Source: an uncultured Candidatus Bathyarchaeia archaeon (GTDB taxonomy: Archaea; Thermoproteota; Bathyarchaeia; Bathyarchaeales; Bathycorpusculaceae). From it: 64,000 nt of DNA. The notes beneath the pieces were generated by a model that saw only the letters and a list, made by a program, of their open reading frames with translations, did not search any database and had not been told where the DNA came from. Below are positions 36,444 through 45,963 of this stretch, in pieces. A program made the translations under genes and the position numbers. How positions within the stretch are numbered: the stretch's first letter is position 1; each line of letters starts with the position of its first letter. Location: assembly GCA_964616775.1 (NCBI GenBank), contig CAZTRN010000002.1, positions 45,367-109,366 on the forward strand. Reading direction: 5' to 3'.

Positions 36444-37170
36444 AATAGTTCTCCAAAAGCCGCCGCATCCCCCGCCGCGTAATCTCCGACAACGTCGAAG
36501 GACTAATCCCAAGCCGCTTCGCCAACGCAGCAGTTTCAATCCTTCGGGGATAATCAAAAAAGCCACCTTTCAGCGCCAACCAAAAAATGCGTTCCTGTTT
36601 TTCCGTAAGCACCCCTGCTTGTGGCTCAAATTTACCCATCTTCAAAACCTTAACTTCAAGCCCCATGGATTTCATGGCGGAAACGATTTTTTGGAAGGCT
36701 TCAAAGCTGGGAACCATAAAGCTGTACATAATCGTGTAGCCTGTGAGGCTTTTGCCCGAAACCAAAAAAGCATCACAAGACAAAATGGTGTGGCAGACGC
36801 CACAGCCTTCACTTTCCATCCACAACGAAGCTTTGTCCTCAGTTTTACCTTGGAGGGCAGCTTTGAGTTCAGGCGGCGGATTTTTAATTTGACGCAACTC
36901 AGCAGGGTCAAGCTCGATAAGGTGTTTAACAGAATTCGGATTAGAACTGCGGATGTCAGCAACTTTGACATGCTTTAGCCCAAAGGGGGCAAGCCGCTTA
37001 GCTATGGTACATTGACGATTTTCAACTTCTAAAACAACATGGTAAGGCTTGCTCCACTGCTCAGTCATAGAACCACACCAGAAACATCCGCTTCGCAATA
37101 TAAGATTATTACCGGACCTGCCAGCCACAAAGGCTAATTTTGTGGGATTTCTCAGAACTTCCAACTGCAC
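36427..37170 (-). CDS. HTH_10 (bacterio-opsin activator-type) transcriptional regulator
   Basis: C-terminal LTEKQERIFWLALKGGFFDYPRRIETAALAKRLGISPSTLSEITRRGMRRLLENYF. The start may be the ATG at 37068 rather than the GTG at 37170. Confidence 0.7.
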   Translation of the reverse strand: MQLEVLRNPTKLAFVAGRSGNNLILRSGCFWCGSMTEQWSKPYHVVLEVENRQCTIAKRLAPFGLKHVKVADIRSSNPNSVKHLIELDPAELRQIKNPPPELKAALQGKTEDKASLWMESEGCGVCHTILSCDAFLVSGKSLTGYTIMYSFMVPSFEAFQKIVSAMKSMGLEVKVLKMGKFEPQAGVLTEKQERIFWLALKGGFFDYPRRIETAALAKRLGISPSTLSEITRRGMRRLLENYFKSET

Positions 37171-37260
37171 TTTTCAAACGTTTCCCGTCATTTTCCAACT
37201 GGACTTCGCAATCCACCAAAACGCATTTCACAAAATGGCATAAAAAACCCCAAAGCTCCC

Positions 37261-37551
37261 TTGAGAAACGAGAAGGCAAAAAAACGCATGCATAAAAAGA
37301 CACATTGGCAGAAGGTTTTAGGATTTACGATAGTCACAGTTTGTGTGATGGCAACTTTTTTTGTGGGCAGCGTGCAAGCAGCAACTTCGCAGTCAACAAC
37401 AACCACGTCACCACAGCAGCTAAACAGTAGCTTTTCAGCCATACCGCTGGTGTTTCTTTTGTTACCCATCGCCGCGGCAGCAGCATACATTCTGGAATGG
37501 GGAACCGCCAAAACCCACAAACCAGAAAAACAAAAAGACCCCGCAGACTAA
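37261..37551 (+). CDS. small hypothetical membrane/secreted protein
   Basis: Basic N-terminus with a hydrophobic stretch, a Ser/Thr-rich middle and a second hydrophobic helix. No family was recognised, and the ORF overlaps antisense ORFs. Confidence 0.3.
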   Translation: MRNEKAKKRMHKKTHWQKVLGFTIVTVCVMATFFVGSVQAATSQSTTTTSPQQLNSSFSAIPLVFLLLPIAAAAAYILEWGTAKTHKPEKQKDPAD

Positions 37552-37647
37552 AGCGCCGCCATGGCGCGTTAATTCCCACTGTTCCAGTAAGGGCTAAATA
37601 CCCCCAAAGCATTCTCCGTTCAACAACTACCTTCAGGACTGTTAACC

Positions 37648-38982
37648 ATGGAAGACTTCAACGAGATAGTCCTCAAACTTTTGCAAGCCACAAAAGCCCA
37701 CGAACAATACCGCGACCAAGAATGCATAAACATGATTGCCAGCGAAGGCATCAAAAGCCCCGCTGTCCGCGAAATGCAAACACTCTGCAGCGATCTGGAA
37801 GGACGCTACGCCGAAGGCGACAACGACATGCAAGGCCACGTCAAAAGACGCTACTACCAAGGTCAAAAGTACATTTCACCAATTGAGGACTACGCCACCG
37901 ACCTCATGAAGCAACTCTTCAAATGTAACTGGGCAGATTCTCGTCTGGTTAGCGGCACCCACGCCAACCTCGCCACCTTCAAAGGCTTGGCGATGGCAAC
38001 ACACACCTGCAAAATGGTCGTAACTCCCCTAAGTTGTGGCGCCCACATCAGCCACGACTACACTGGCCTCTCAGGCGCAGTGCTGGGTATCGCAAACATC
38101 AACCACGTTTACAACATTAACGAAATGAACATAGACCCCGACCGAAGCGCAGACGTTATCCGCGCAGCCAAACCGGGGATTGTCACTTTTGGCGGCAGCC
38201 TATTTTTGTTCCCGCACCCCATTAAAGAACTTAAAGAGGTCTGCGACGAAGTGGGCGCATTTGTCGCCTACGACGCCAGCCACGTACTGGGCTTAATTGC
38301 GGGCGGTCAATTCCAAGACCCCCTGCGTGAAGGCGCAGACTTCATTTCTGCATCCACGCACAAAACATTCCCGGGCCCTCAAGGCGGCATCATCATGGGC
38401 GACTGCACGCCACGAACAGAAGAAGCCATCAAAAAGATTCAGTACGCCGTTTTCCCCCTAAGCGCCTCAAGCACCCACCTTGGTCGTTTACCTGCACTTG
38501 GGGTGGCAGCGCTTGAAATGAAAGTGTTCGGTCAAGACTTAGCAAAACAAATCGTCAAAAACGCCCAAACAGCCGGCCAATACCTCTACGAAAACGGCGT
38601 CAAGGTGCTTTGCGAACACAAAGGCTTCACCAAGAGCCACCAAATCGCTGTTGACATCCGAGCCTTTGGTGGCGGTAACAAAATCGCCCAAGCCCTCGAA
38701 GACGCCAACATTATCTGCAACAAGAACCTGTTGCCTTATGATGACCAAGGCAGCAAAGGTGACCCCTCAGGCTTGCGCATAGGTTTCCAAGATGTGACAC
38801 GACGCGGTTTTCGCGAAGGTGACATAAAGCACCTTTGTGACCTCATACTTGACGTTGTCAAAGCCAAACGTACCCCCGCGGAAGTCCAAAAAGATGTCAT
38901 TGCCCTCAAGAAAGAGTTTGGCAAAGTTAAGTTCGGGTTCCAAAGCGCCGAAGAAGCCTTAGCTTACGTTGGCAAGGCATAA
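37648..38982 (+). CDS. glyA: serine hydroxymethyltransferase
   Basis: SGTHANL and the PLP-lysine context STHKTFPGPQGG, with archaeal SHMT length. Confidence 0.9.
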   Translation: MEDFNEIVLKLLQATKAHEQYRDQECINMIASEGIKSPAVREMQTLCSDLEGRYAEGDNDMQGHVKRRYYQGQKYISPIEDYATDLMKQLFKCNWADSRLVSGTHANLATFKGLAMATHTCKMVVTPLSCGAHISHDYTGLSGAVLGIANINHVYNINEMNIDPDRSADVIRAAKPGIVTFGGSLFLFPHPIKELKEVCDEVGAFVAYDASHVLGLIAGGQFQDPLREGADFISASTHKTFPGPQGGIIMGDCTPRTEEAIKKIQYAVFPLSASSTHLGRLPALGVAALEMKVFGQDLAKQIVKNAQTAGQYLYENGVKVLCEHKGFTKSHQIAVDIRAFGGGNKIAQALEDANIICNKNLLPYDDQGSKGDPSGLRIGFQDVTRRGFREGDIKHLCDLILDVVKAKRTPAEVQKDVIALKKEFGKVKFGFQSAEEALAYVGKA

Positions 38983-38990
38983 CCGCTTCA

Positions 38991-39019
38991 TCTTTTCTTT
39001 CTTTTGTTTCTTTCTTTTC
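38991..39019 (+). terminator. oligo-T tracts downstream of glyA (candidate archaeal terminator)
   Basis: TCTTTTCTTTCTTTTGTTTCTTTCTTTTC lies immediately after the glyA stop. Confidence 0.35.
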
Positions 39020-39066
39020 AGCTAAAGCTTAATAGCAAACCGTGACTCTTTCGGTCTGGAGTACCT

Positions 39067-39330
39067 ATGGACATCTTACTGCTAATGGTGCCACTCATAA
39101 TCGTCATGTTCACCATCATATTCGTCTTGCTGCCTCGATATGGTCCGCATTATACGTCGCGGCTTACGTGTCCACGGTGCAAACGGAACTTTAACTATCA
39201 CTGGGTGCCAGGCGGCTCGTTTTTAGCGTTGCGCTATGGGAACCACCGAAAGCTCAAGTGCCCGTATTGTCAGACGGTGTCGATGTTTGATATTGCACAT
39301 ACGCGTGTAAGCCAAACCAAACGCCGCTAA
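39067..39330 (+). CDS. small membrane-anchored zinc-ribbon protein
   Basis: N-terminal TM helix, then CPRC...CPYC. Confidence 0.45.
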   Translation: MDILLLMVPLIIVMFTIIFVLLPRYGPHYTSRLTCPRCKRNFNYHWVPGGSFLALRYGNHRKLKCPYCQTVSMFDIAHTRVSQTKRR

Positions 39331-39461
39331 ACAGACTTCTTGAGCAGCCGCACACAAACCAAAAAAGGCTAAACAGTGGGGCTGCATTGCAATCAATTTA
39401 TAATTCACTTCCCCAATGTACTTAACTTCGAAAGAACCACACTATAACAGGGGTCTGCCAA

Positions 39462-40646
39462 GTGAAAGTACTACTAAATGATGGTTTAGAAAAAGAAGGC
39501 TTACAACTCTTCCAAGAAATGGGCATAGAAACCGACACCAAAAAACGTGACCCACAAGCGCTCGTCGCCGAAATCGGACAATTCGACGCATTAGTTGTCC
39601 GAAGCGCCACCAAGGTCACCCGCCAAGTCATCGAAGCAGGAGCCAAAGGCAAACTCAAAATCATCGGACGCAGCGGCGTCGGCTACGACAACATTGACGC
39701 AGAAGCCGCCTCCGAATTCGGCATCGTCGTTAAAATTGCGCCGTACGGAAGCACCAACGCAGTTGCCGAGTTAGCCATCGGCTTAATGTTAGGCGTCTCA
39801 CGCAACATTCCACAAGCCCACGCCACACTCAAAAAAGGAGTGTGGGAAAAGAAAGCCCTCAAAGGCAACGAACTTTACAAGAAAAAGCTGGGTCTGTTGG
39901 GCTGTGGCAGAATTGGGCAACGCGTCGCCGAGCTAGCGCACCGCGGCTTTGACATGGAAGTCATCGGCTACGACATCAAACCATGCCCCGATTCAGGCAT
40001 CAACTTCTTAACCAAAGAAGAAGTGCTCTGCCAATCAGACTACATCAGCATCCACACAGGCGGCAAAGCCGTCATTGTGGGCGCTAACGAATTAGCTATG
40101 ATGAAGCCAACGGCGTTTCTCATTAACACGAGCCGAGGCGGAAACGTCGACCAAGAAGCCCTCTACAACGCCTTGAAAGAAAAGAAAATTGCAGGTGCCG
40201 CCGTGGATGTTTATGTGAATGAGCCTAAAGGGGAAGGCGAACCCTTCGCTGACAAGCTGGGGGACCTGAACAACGTGGTTTTATGTGCACATTTGGGTGC
40301 ATCCACTGAGGAGGGGCAACGAGAAACCAGCACCGAAATCGCTCGTGTCGTGTCAGGCTACTTGCTAGGCGGCGACTTCACCAACGCAGTGAACGCTGGC
40401 GAAAGCATCGAACTCGAAGAAAAAGCCGTGTACACACTGTTCATCCACCACAAAGACGTGCCCGGAGTGTTCGCAAACATCGACAAGGTCTTAGCTGACA
40501 ATGACATCAACATCCGCGCGAACTATTCGCGGCAAATCGGCAAAGGCGGCTACGCCGTGTCAGTTTACGTGGTGCACAAGCCAGTGGGCGCAGCAATCAT
40601 TGAGACCCTAAAGAAGATACCCAACGTAAGCGACATAAAAGTCTAA
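39462..40646 (+). CDS. serA: D-3-phosphoglycerate dehydrogenase-type 2-hydroxyacid dehydrogenase with C-terminal ACT-like domain
   Basis: NAD-binding GLLGCGRIGQRV, the catalytic region (INTSRGG, HLGAST) and a C-terminal ACT-like segment. It is adjacent to glyA. Confidence 0.8.
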   Translation: MKVLLNDGLEKEGLQLFQEMGIETDTKKRDPQALVAEIGQFDALVVRSATKVTRQVIEAGAKGKLKIIGRSGVGYDNIDAEAASEFGIVVKIAPYGSTNAVAELAIGLMLGVSRNIPQAHATLKKGVWEKKALKGNELYKKKLGLLGCGRIGQRVAELAHRGFDMEVIGYDIKPCPDSGINFLTKEEVLCQSDYISIHTGGKAVIVGANELAMMKPTAFLINTSRGGNVDQEALYNALKEKKIAGAAVDVYVNEPKGEGEPFADKLGDLNNVVLCAHLGASTEEGQRETSTEIARVVSGYLLGGDFTNAVNAGESIELEEKAVYTLFIHHKDVPGVFANIDKVLADNDINIRANYSRQIGKGGYAVSVYVVHKPVGAAIIETLKKIPNVSDIKV

Positions 40647-42853
40647 TTTTTCTTTTCTTTTTGTTTTTCGTGCCCAGAGTTTTGTAGTTTAGCAAGTAGC
40701 GGTAGCACGTCACGTTGAGAGGTCAAGTTGTAGCGGGCTTTGCTTGGACCCAACCCAACTTTAATGGAGTACGCCATCGGAGGAAGCGCCCCAAAAAGGT
40801 CTTCGTCGGTTTTGTCGTCGCCCAACGCCAAAATGAAGCCCCAACCCTTGGAGAGCCAGTGGCTTGCTGCGCGTCCTTTGTTGACGATGGCGTTTTTGAT
40901 TTCAATCACCTTCTTGCCTTCCACAACCACTAACCCAAAATTAGAAGTCAAATGAACCAAATCATCTTTGAGTTCTTTAGCACGCAGCGACCCTAGCACG
41001 GGGTCGGTTTTGCGGTAGTGCCAAACCAATGAATCGGGTTTTTCTTCAATGAACGAGCCAGGGGTGCGGTCAGTGCAGAGCTCTACTAAGGGCAGAATTT
41101 CTTTTTTCCATTCATCTGACAAAAGGCGGGGGGCATGCATTTTGCCAGAACGTTCCCGTATCCAAGCGCCATGCTCAGCGATTAAGCCTATGTCCAAGTT
41201 TCCGAACCATTCAAGCAGGGTGTTTCGGTTTCTGCCGCTGGTTATGACCACTTCGTTTTGGGGAGACGCAGCGAGGGCTTTTAGGAGACTTCGCACTTCC
41301 TGCGTAGGTGGGGCATGTTCGGGTTTGTCGGCAAACGAAACCAGCGTGCCGTCGTAGTCAAGCAAGAACAGCCGCCGATTGCTGTCAGCGTAATCTGCGA
41401 CCAGTTGTTTTTGGACGGCTGAGGTGAGGAGGCTTTGGGTGTTTGTTTGTTGCATACTCCAAGCATCGTCAAGGCGAGTGAGGAAGTCAGCCACCCAGCG
41501 GTTAATGTCGTAGCGCATGAGGCGCTTTTGCATTATACGGTTAAGGCGTTGTTGTTCTTCGGGGGGCATTTTTAGGGCTTTGTCGATGGCGTTGACCAGT
41601 TCGTCTTGGCTGTTGGGGTTAACGATTATGGCTTCGCCTAGTTCCTGCGCGGCGCCCGCCATCTCCGAAAGAACCAACGTGCCTAAAGCGTTAACTTTGC
41701 TTGCCAGAAACTCTTTCGCCATCAAGTTCATGCCGTCCCGCAACGGCGTAACCACAGCCACATCTGCAATGTTGTAAAATGCAATCAACGTGTCAAACGG
41801 TAAAACGTGACTGAAATAGTGTACGGGCGTCCAGTCGGTGGTGGCGTATTTGCCGTTTATGCGTCCCACTAACTCGTCAATTTGTTTTTTCAACAACTGA
41901 TACTGCTTAACGTTGGTGCGTGAAGGAACCGCAACAACCACCAAAGAAACTTTCCCACGGTATTCGGGTTTTTTGCTCAGCAAAACGTCAAACGCTTCAA
42001 GGCGTAGAGGGATGCCTTTGGTGTAGTCTAGGCGGTCGAAGGAGAGGATGATTTTTTGGGTTCCGAATTTGCGGCGGGTGCGTTCTACGTCTCGACGGAC
42101 GACGTTGCTGGATGCGTGAGTTAAGAAGCGTTGGTAGTCTATGCCCATGGGGAAGAGGTCTACGCGTACAAGTTGGGTTCCTGTTTGAACCTCGTTCATG
42201 GTGTGTTCGTGTCCCAAGATGCGGCGTACGCTGGAAAGAAAGTGCCGCACATAATCGTAAGTGTGAAAGCCCACCAAGTCAGAGCCAAGCAACCCCTCCA
42301 GTAACTCGGCGCGCCAAGGCAAAAGCCGAAACAGCTCATACGACGGAAACGGAATGTGCAAGAAGAAGCCGATTTTGGCGTTAGGCAGTCGTTCCCGAAT
42401 CATCTGGGGCAGCAACATGAGGTGGTAGTCGTGTATCCAGAAGGTGTCGTCGGGTTGGGCAATGGCAACCAAGGCATCACAGAATTTCTGGTTAACCGTG
42501 CAGTAGCTGTCCCACCATTTCTGGTCATATTTTGCGTAGAGGAAAAAGTAGTGGAATAGCGGCCAGAGGGTGTTGTTGCAAAAGCCGCCGTAGTACTGTT
42601 TGACTTCGTTGGGGGTGAGGTTGACGGGGTAGCATTTGTGTTTGGCAAGCATATCCATGACTTGTTGGTGTTCGTCAGGTGGCAGGTTTTGGATATTGAA
42701 GCCTGACCATCCGACCCAGAGGCTTTCTTGGTTTTTGTAAAATGAGCCAATGCCTGTTGCTAATCCGCCCACGCTGTGTTCCACTCGGAGTTTACCGTCA
42801 CGTTTTGAAATGTTAACGGGCAAGCGATTAGAAACAATCAATAAACGACCCAT
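40643..42853 (-). CDS. bifunctional trehalose-6-phosphate synthase / phosphatase (OtsA-OtsB fusion)
   Basis: N-terminal GT20 pattern (RLLIVSNRLPV, WVGW, IHDYHL) and a C-terminal HAD-type TPP module (LFLLDYDGTL, GDDKTDEDLF). Confidence 0.85.
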   Translation of the reverse strand: MGRLLIVSNRLPVNISKRDGKLRVEHSVGGLATGIGSFYKNQESLWVGWSGFNIQNLPPDEHQQVMDMLAKHKCYPVNLTPNEVKQYYGGFCNNTLWPLFHYFFLYAKYDQKWWDSYCTVNQKFCDALVAIAQPDDTFWIHDYHLMLLPQMIRERLPNAKIGFFLHIPFPSYELFRLLPWRAELLEGLLGSDLVGFHTYDYVRHFLSSVRRILGHEHTMNEVQTGTQLVRVDLFPMGIDYQRFLTHASSNVVRRDVERTRRKFGTQKIILSFDRLDYTKGIPLRLEAFDVLLSKKPEYRGKVSLVVVAVPSRTNVKQYQLLKKQIDELVGRINGKYATTDWTPVHYFSHVLPFDTLIAFYNIADVAVVTPLRDGMNLMAKEFLASKVNALGTLVLSEMAGAAQELGEAIIVNPNSQDELVNAIDKALKMPPEEQQRLNRIMQKRLMRYDINRWVADFLTRLDDAWSMQQTNTQSLLTSAVQKQLVADYADSNRRLFLLDYDGTLVSFADKPEHAPPTQEVRSLLKALAASPQNEVVITSGRNRNTLLEWFGNLDIGLIAEHGAWIRERSGKMHAPRLLSDEWKKEILPLVELCTDRTPGSFIEEKPDSLVWHYRKTDPVLGSLRAKELKDDLVHLTSNFGLVVVEGKKVIEIKNAIVNKGRAASHWLSKGWGFILALGDDKTDEDLFGALPPMAYSIKVGLGPSKARYNLTSQRDVLPLLAKLQNSGHEKQKEKKN

Positions 42854-42972
42854 TGCGCGCGCTACAACCGTACAATTAAACTAAGAACAGAGTTTCGGCT
42901 TGACAAATTAATTTTACGGAACAAAAACAGCGAAAGATCCGTTCAACCACAAAATGGTTTTTAAAAAAGGAG

Positions 42973-43470
42973 TTAGGGTTGTTGTTTTTCTTGGAACAGC
43001 TTGCGAACTGCAGCCATACGAGACTTCTGCGCCAACACATCACTAGTAACCACCGACAACGCTTTTTCGGGGCATTCCTGCACGCATTGAGGCCCTGAGG
43101 GGTTATCTTTGCAGAGGTCACAGACGTAGACAATTTTTGTTTCGGGGTTCAGCATAATGGCACCGTAATCACAGGCTTCAATGCACCAGCCACACCCATT
43201 GCACTTGTCCTTGTCTACGGTGATTACGCCTGTGTCTTTGTCTTGCGTTAAGGCATCTCGGGGACATGCCGCTATACAAGCAGGGTCCTCACAGAGCCGA
43301 CAGGTCACAGCCATGTTCACAATCTGGTTTTGGCGAACTACGCGGATGCGGCTTTTGATGGGGTTGAAGGCTTTTTCTTTGGTGAAGCTGCAGGTGTATT
43401 CGCAGATTTGGCAGCCTACGCATCGGTCAGGGTCGCAAGAAACGAATTTGCGTTCATGAAGTTTAACCAT
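42973..43470 (-). CDS. 4Fe-4S dicluster polyferredoxin (AOR electron-transfer subunit-like)
   Basis: Four Cys-cluster motifs (CVGCQICEYTC, CRLCEDPACIAACP, CNGCGWCIEAC, CDLC...C). It lies directly downstream of the AOR gene. Confidence 0.8.
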   Translation of the reverse strand: MVKLHERKFVSCDPDRCVGCQICEYTCSFTKEKAFNPIKSRIRVVRQNQIVNMAVTCRLCEDPACIAACPRDALTQDKDTGVITVDKDKCNGCGWCIEACDYGAIMLNPETKIVYVCDLCKDNPSGPQCVQECPEKALSVVTSDVLAQKSRMAAVRKLFQEKQQP

Positions 43471-43472
43471 GC

Positions 43473-45323
43473 TTAAGCCTCCACCTTCGCATTTGCTGTG
43501 TTGTCTAGGTTTAGCCGTTTGAGAGTTTCAGGGGTGGGGACGCCCTGTTTGTCCCATCCACGTTCAGCGTAATAGTCGTCTAAGAGCAAGTCTAATTCAC
43601 GTTCAGTCACCACAGCCCCTTTGACAGGTCCCTCGTCGGGGATGGGTTCATGCAGAACCTTCCACGGCAAGGCATCATCTTGGCGGGTTAAGCCTTCACG
43701 CAGGTTTATGAGGCGAGCTAACGTGTTGATGCGTTCCGCCGCCACAGACATGTACTGGGCGGTTACGTCAGTTCCCGTGACAACGCTGTAGAGTTTTGCT
43801 AGGTCATCTGTGTCTTTTTGGAATAAGCCGCGGGCATTCTTGCAAACAATCAACGAATCCACCAACGCATAAACGTCCTCAAGGGTCTTGACTATGCGTC
43901 CTCGTCCACGCTCAGCTTTCAGACGGTTCACGGAGCCTTTCAAGTCTACTGCGTAGGCGCCACTTCGGTTCTGGTCCGCACCACGAAAAGAAACCGCCGC
44001 AGCCAACGCTGCCGTCTTCAAACACCGCAAATCATACCCCGTAACCTCCAAGCCCTTGATGTGTTGGGCAAGTTGGGGGGCACCTTTGCCGATTTTCTCT
44101 GCCGCTGCCTTAACGCCGTCCGCTAATATGTCGCCGATGCCTTCGCGTTTGCCCATCTCTTCGATAAGCTGTAGCATGGCTTCTGCGTTGCCAAAGTGAG
44201 CGTCTACGCCGCCGAGGTCATCGTGGGTTAGGATGCCTTTTTCGTGGCAATCCATCGCGAAGCCGACGGTTACGCCGACACTTTGGGCATCCATACCGTA
44301 CTGGGTGCAGAGTGCGGCGGCTTTGATGATGGCGTCAGGTCGATTCACGCCCGTGTAGGGTCCAAGTGCCCAGACGGATTCGTATTCGATGCGTGCCATG
44401 GTGCCCTTGTAGGGTCCGTCACGAACTACGGCTTCGTGTTCGCATCGCATGGGGCAGGTGCTGCAGGCGATTATTTTTGCGACGTATTTGTCGTTGAGGA
44501 CTTCGCCGCTGACTTTTTCGGCGTCCTCAAAGTGGGCGTTACGGTAGTTGCGAGTCGGCATACAATACGCCGTGTTATTAATGAGAATGGATTCGACTGT
44601 GCCTAAGCCACGGTACTTTTCGGTGGCGGGTCCCAAGGCACGTTCGCGGTACTCTTTCACCAACGCCATGAACGCTTCGGGGTTTGCGGGAACGATGTCG
44701 TGGGTGCCGCGCACGGCGATGGCTTTGAGGTTTTTAGAGCCCATGACGGCGCCTAAGCCGGTGCGTCCTGCTGCGCGGGTCTTCTCGTTGAGGATGCAGG
44801 CGAGTTTGCTTTGTTTTTCTCCTGCCAACCCGATGGAGGCGACGCGGACATAGTAGTCGCCAAGGTCGTCTTTGATGGCTTCTTCGGTTTCGCTTGGCGA
44901 TTTGCCCCACAAGTGGGCAGCATCAAGAAGCTGGATGGATTCGTTGTCTATCCAGAGGTAAACGGGCTTCTCCGCCTTACCCGAAATAACTATGGCGTCG
45001 TAGCCAGCGCGCTTCAGTTCCGCGCCAAATGCGCCGTGCGAAACTGCCTCGCCCAAGCTGCCAGTGGCAGGAGACTTAGAAATAAACGCGTGACCATTTC
45101 CGCCCGTGGGGAAAACTGTGCCAGCAACGGGACCCAACGCCAAAACCAGCGGGTTCTCTGGGCTCAGAGCGTCGGTACGTGGCGTAGAGTGGTCCATCCA
45201 AAGCCGCATACCCAACCCGATGCCGCCGATGTACTGTTTGGCGGTTTCTTCATCGAGGTCTTCGGTGCTGGTTTTGGATGCGGTCAAGTCGACGTAGAGA
45301 ATTTTGCCTGCGTAACCAAACAA
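43473..45323 (-). CDS. aor: aldehyde:ferredoxin oxidoreductase family (tungstopterin) enzyme
   Basis: MFGYAGKILYVDLT start and AOR_N/AOR_C collinearity (for example GLGAVMGSKNLKAI and CSTCPMRC). Confidence 0.9.
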   Translation of the reverse strand: MFGYAGKILYVDLTASKTSTEDLDEETAKQYIGGIGLGMRLWMDHSTPRTDALSPENPLVLALGPVAGTVFPTGGNGHAFISKSPATGSLGEAVSHGAFGAELKRAGYDAIVISGKAEKPVYLWIDNESIQLLDAAHLWGKSPSETEEAIKDDLGDYYVRVASIGLAGEKQSKLACILNEKTRAAGRTGLGAVMGSKNLKAIAVRGTHDIVPANPEAFMALVKEYRERALGPATEKYRGLGTVESILINNTAYCMPTRNYRNAHFEDAEKVSGEVLNDKYVAKIIACSTCPMRCEHEAVVRDGPYKGTMARIEYESVWALGPYTGVNRPDAIIKAAALCTQYGMDAQSVGVTVGFAMDCHEKGILTHDDLGGVDAHFGNAEAMLQLIEEMGKREGIGDILADGVKAAAEKIGKGAPQLAQHIKGLEVTGYDLRCLKTAALAAAVSFRGADQNRSGAYAVDLKGSVNRLKAERGRGRIVKTLEDVYALVDSLIVCKNARGLFQKDTDDLAKLYSVVTGTDVTAQYMSVAAERINTLARLINLREGLTRQDDALPWKVLHEPIPDEGPVKGAVVTERELDLLLDDYYAERGWDKQGVPTPETLKRLNLDNTANAKVEA

Positions 45324-45456
45324 AGCAGTGTACCTTCGAGGTGTTTGAAAAGGTATGCCTTTGAAAACTATATTAATTTACTGGCGTTCATGGAAAAATA
45401 GTCCCGTGGATAAACGGCTGGGCGGTTTTTAGTTTAAAAACAAAATCCGAGCTGCA

Positions 45457-45963
45457 CTATTTTTTCTCAACGGACTGAAACAGCCCTTTAACCGCTTTCA
45501 CTCTGCGCTTCTGCGCCAACTTTTCTGCCGTCACAAACTCCAACGCGTTTTCGGGGCAGCATTTGACGCATTGGGGTTCTTTTTCAGGCGTGTCAGCGCA
45601 GTTGTTGCAGGTGAACACTTTCTTCTTTTCGGGGTGCAGGTTCATGGCGCCAAATTGGCAGGCGGGGATGCACCAGCCGCAACCGTTGCAGGCAGATTCG
45701 TCCACTATTATGTTGCCTGTGACTGGGTCCTGCTTTAGGGCATCTCGGGGACACGCAGCCACGCAGTCTGGAGTTTCGCAGTGACGACAAGCAACCGCCA
45801 TACTATCAAGCGGACCTAGCCGAACAACGCGAATCCGCGACTTAGTGGGATTAAAGGTTTTCTCGTTAACCATTGAGCAGGTGTACTCGCACACAGCGCA
45901 GCCTGTGCATTTTGCAGGATCTGCGGCAACGAATTTTCGGTCTTGAGGACGCCCCATGGTCAA
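45457..45963 (-). CDS. 4Fe-4S dicluster polyferredoxin (paralog of 42973..43470)
   Basis: Same four-cluster layout (CTGCAVCEYTC, CRHCETPDCVAACP, CNGCGWCIPAC, CNNC...C). It overlaps the upstream AOR gene by 4 nt. Confidence 0.8.
   Translation of the reverse strand: MTMGRPQDRKFVAADPAKCTGCAVCEYTCSMVNEKTFNPTKSRIRVVRLGPLDSMAVACRHCETPDCVAACPRDALKQDPVTGNIIVDESACNGCGWCIPACQFGAMNLHPEKKKVFTCNNCADTPEKEPQCVKCCPENALEFVTAEKLAQKRRVKAVKGLFQSVEKK

Noticed and set aside
40647-40668. A T-rich tract after serA as a separate terminator feature
   Set aside because: It lies inside the 3' end of the convergent OtsAB gene, where it encodes ...EKQKEKKN on the other strand. It may still aid termination, but I cannot separate that role from coding constraint.
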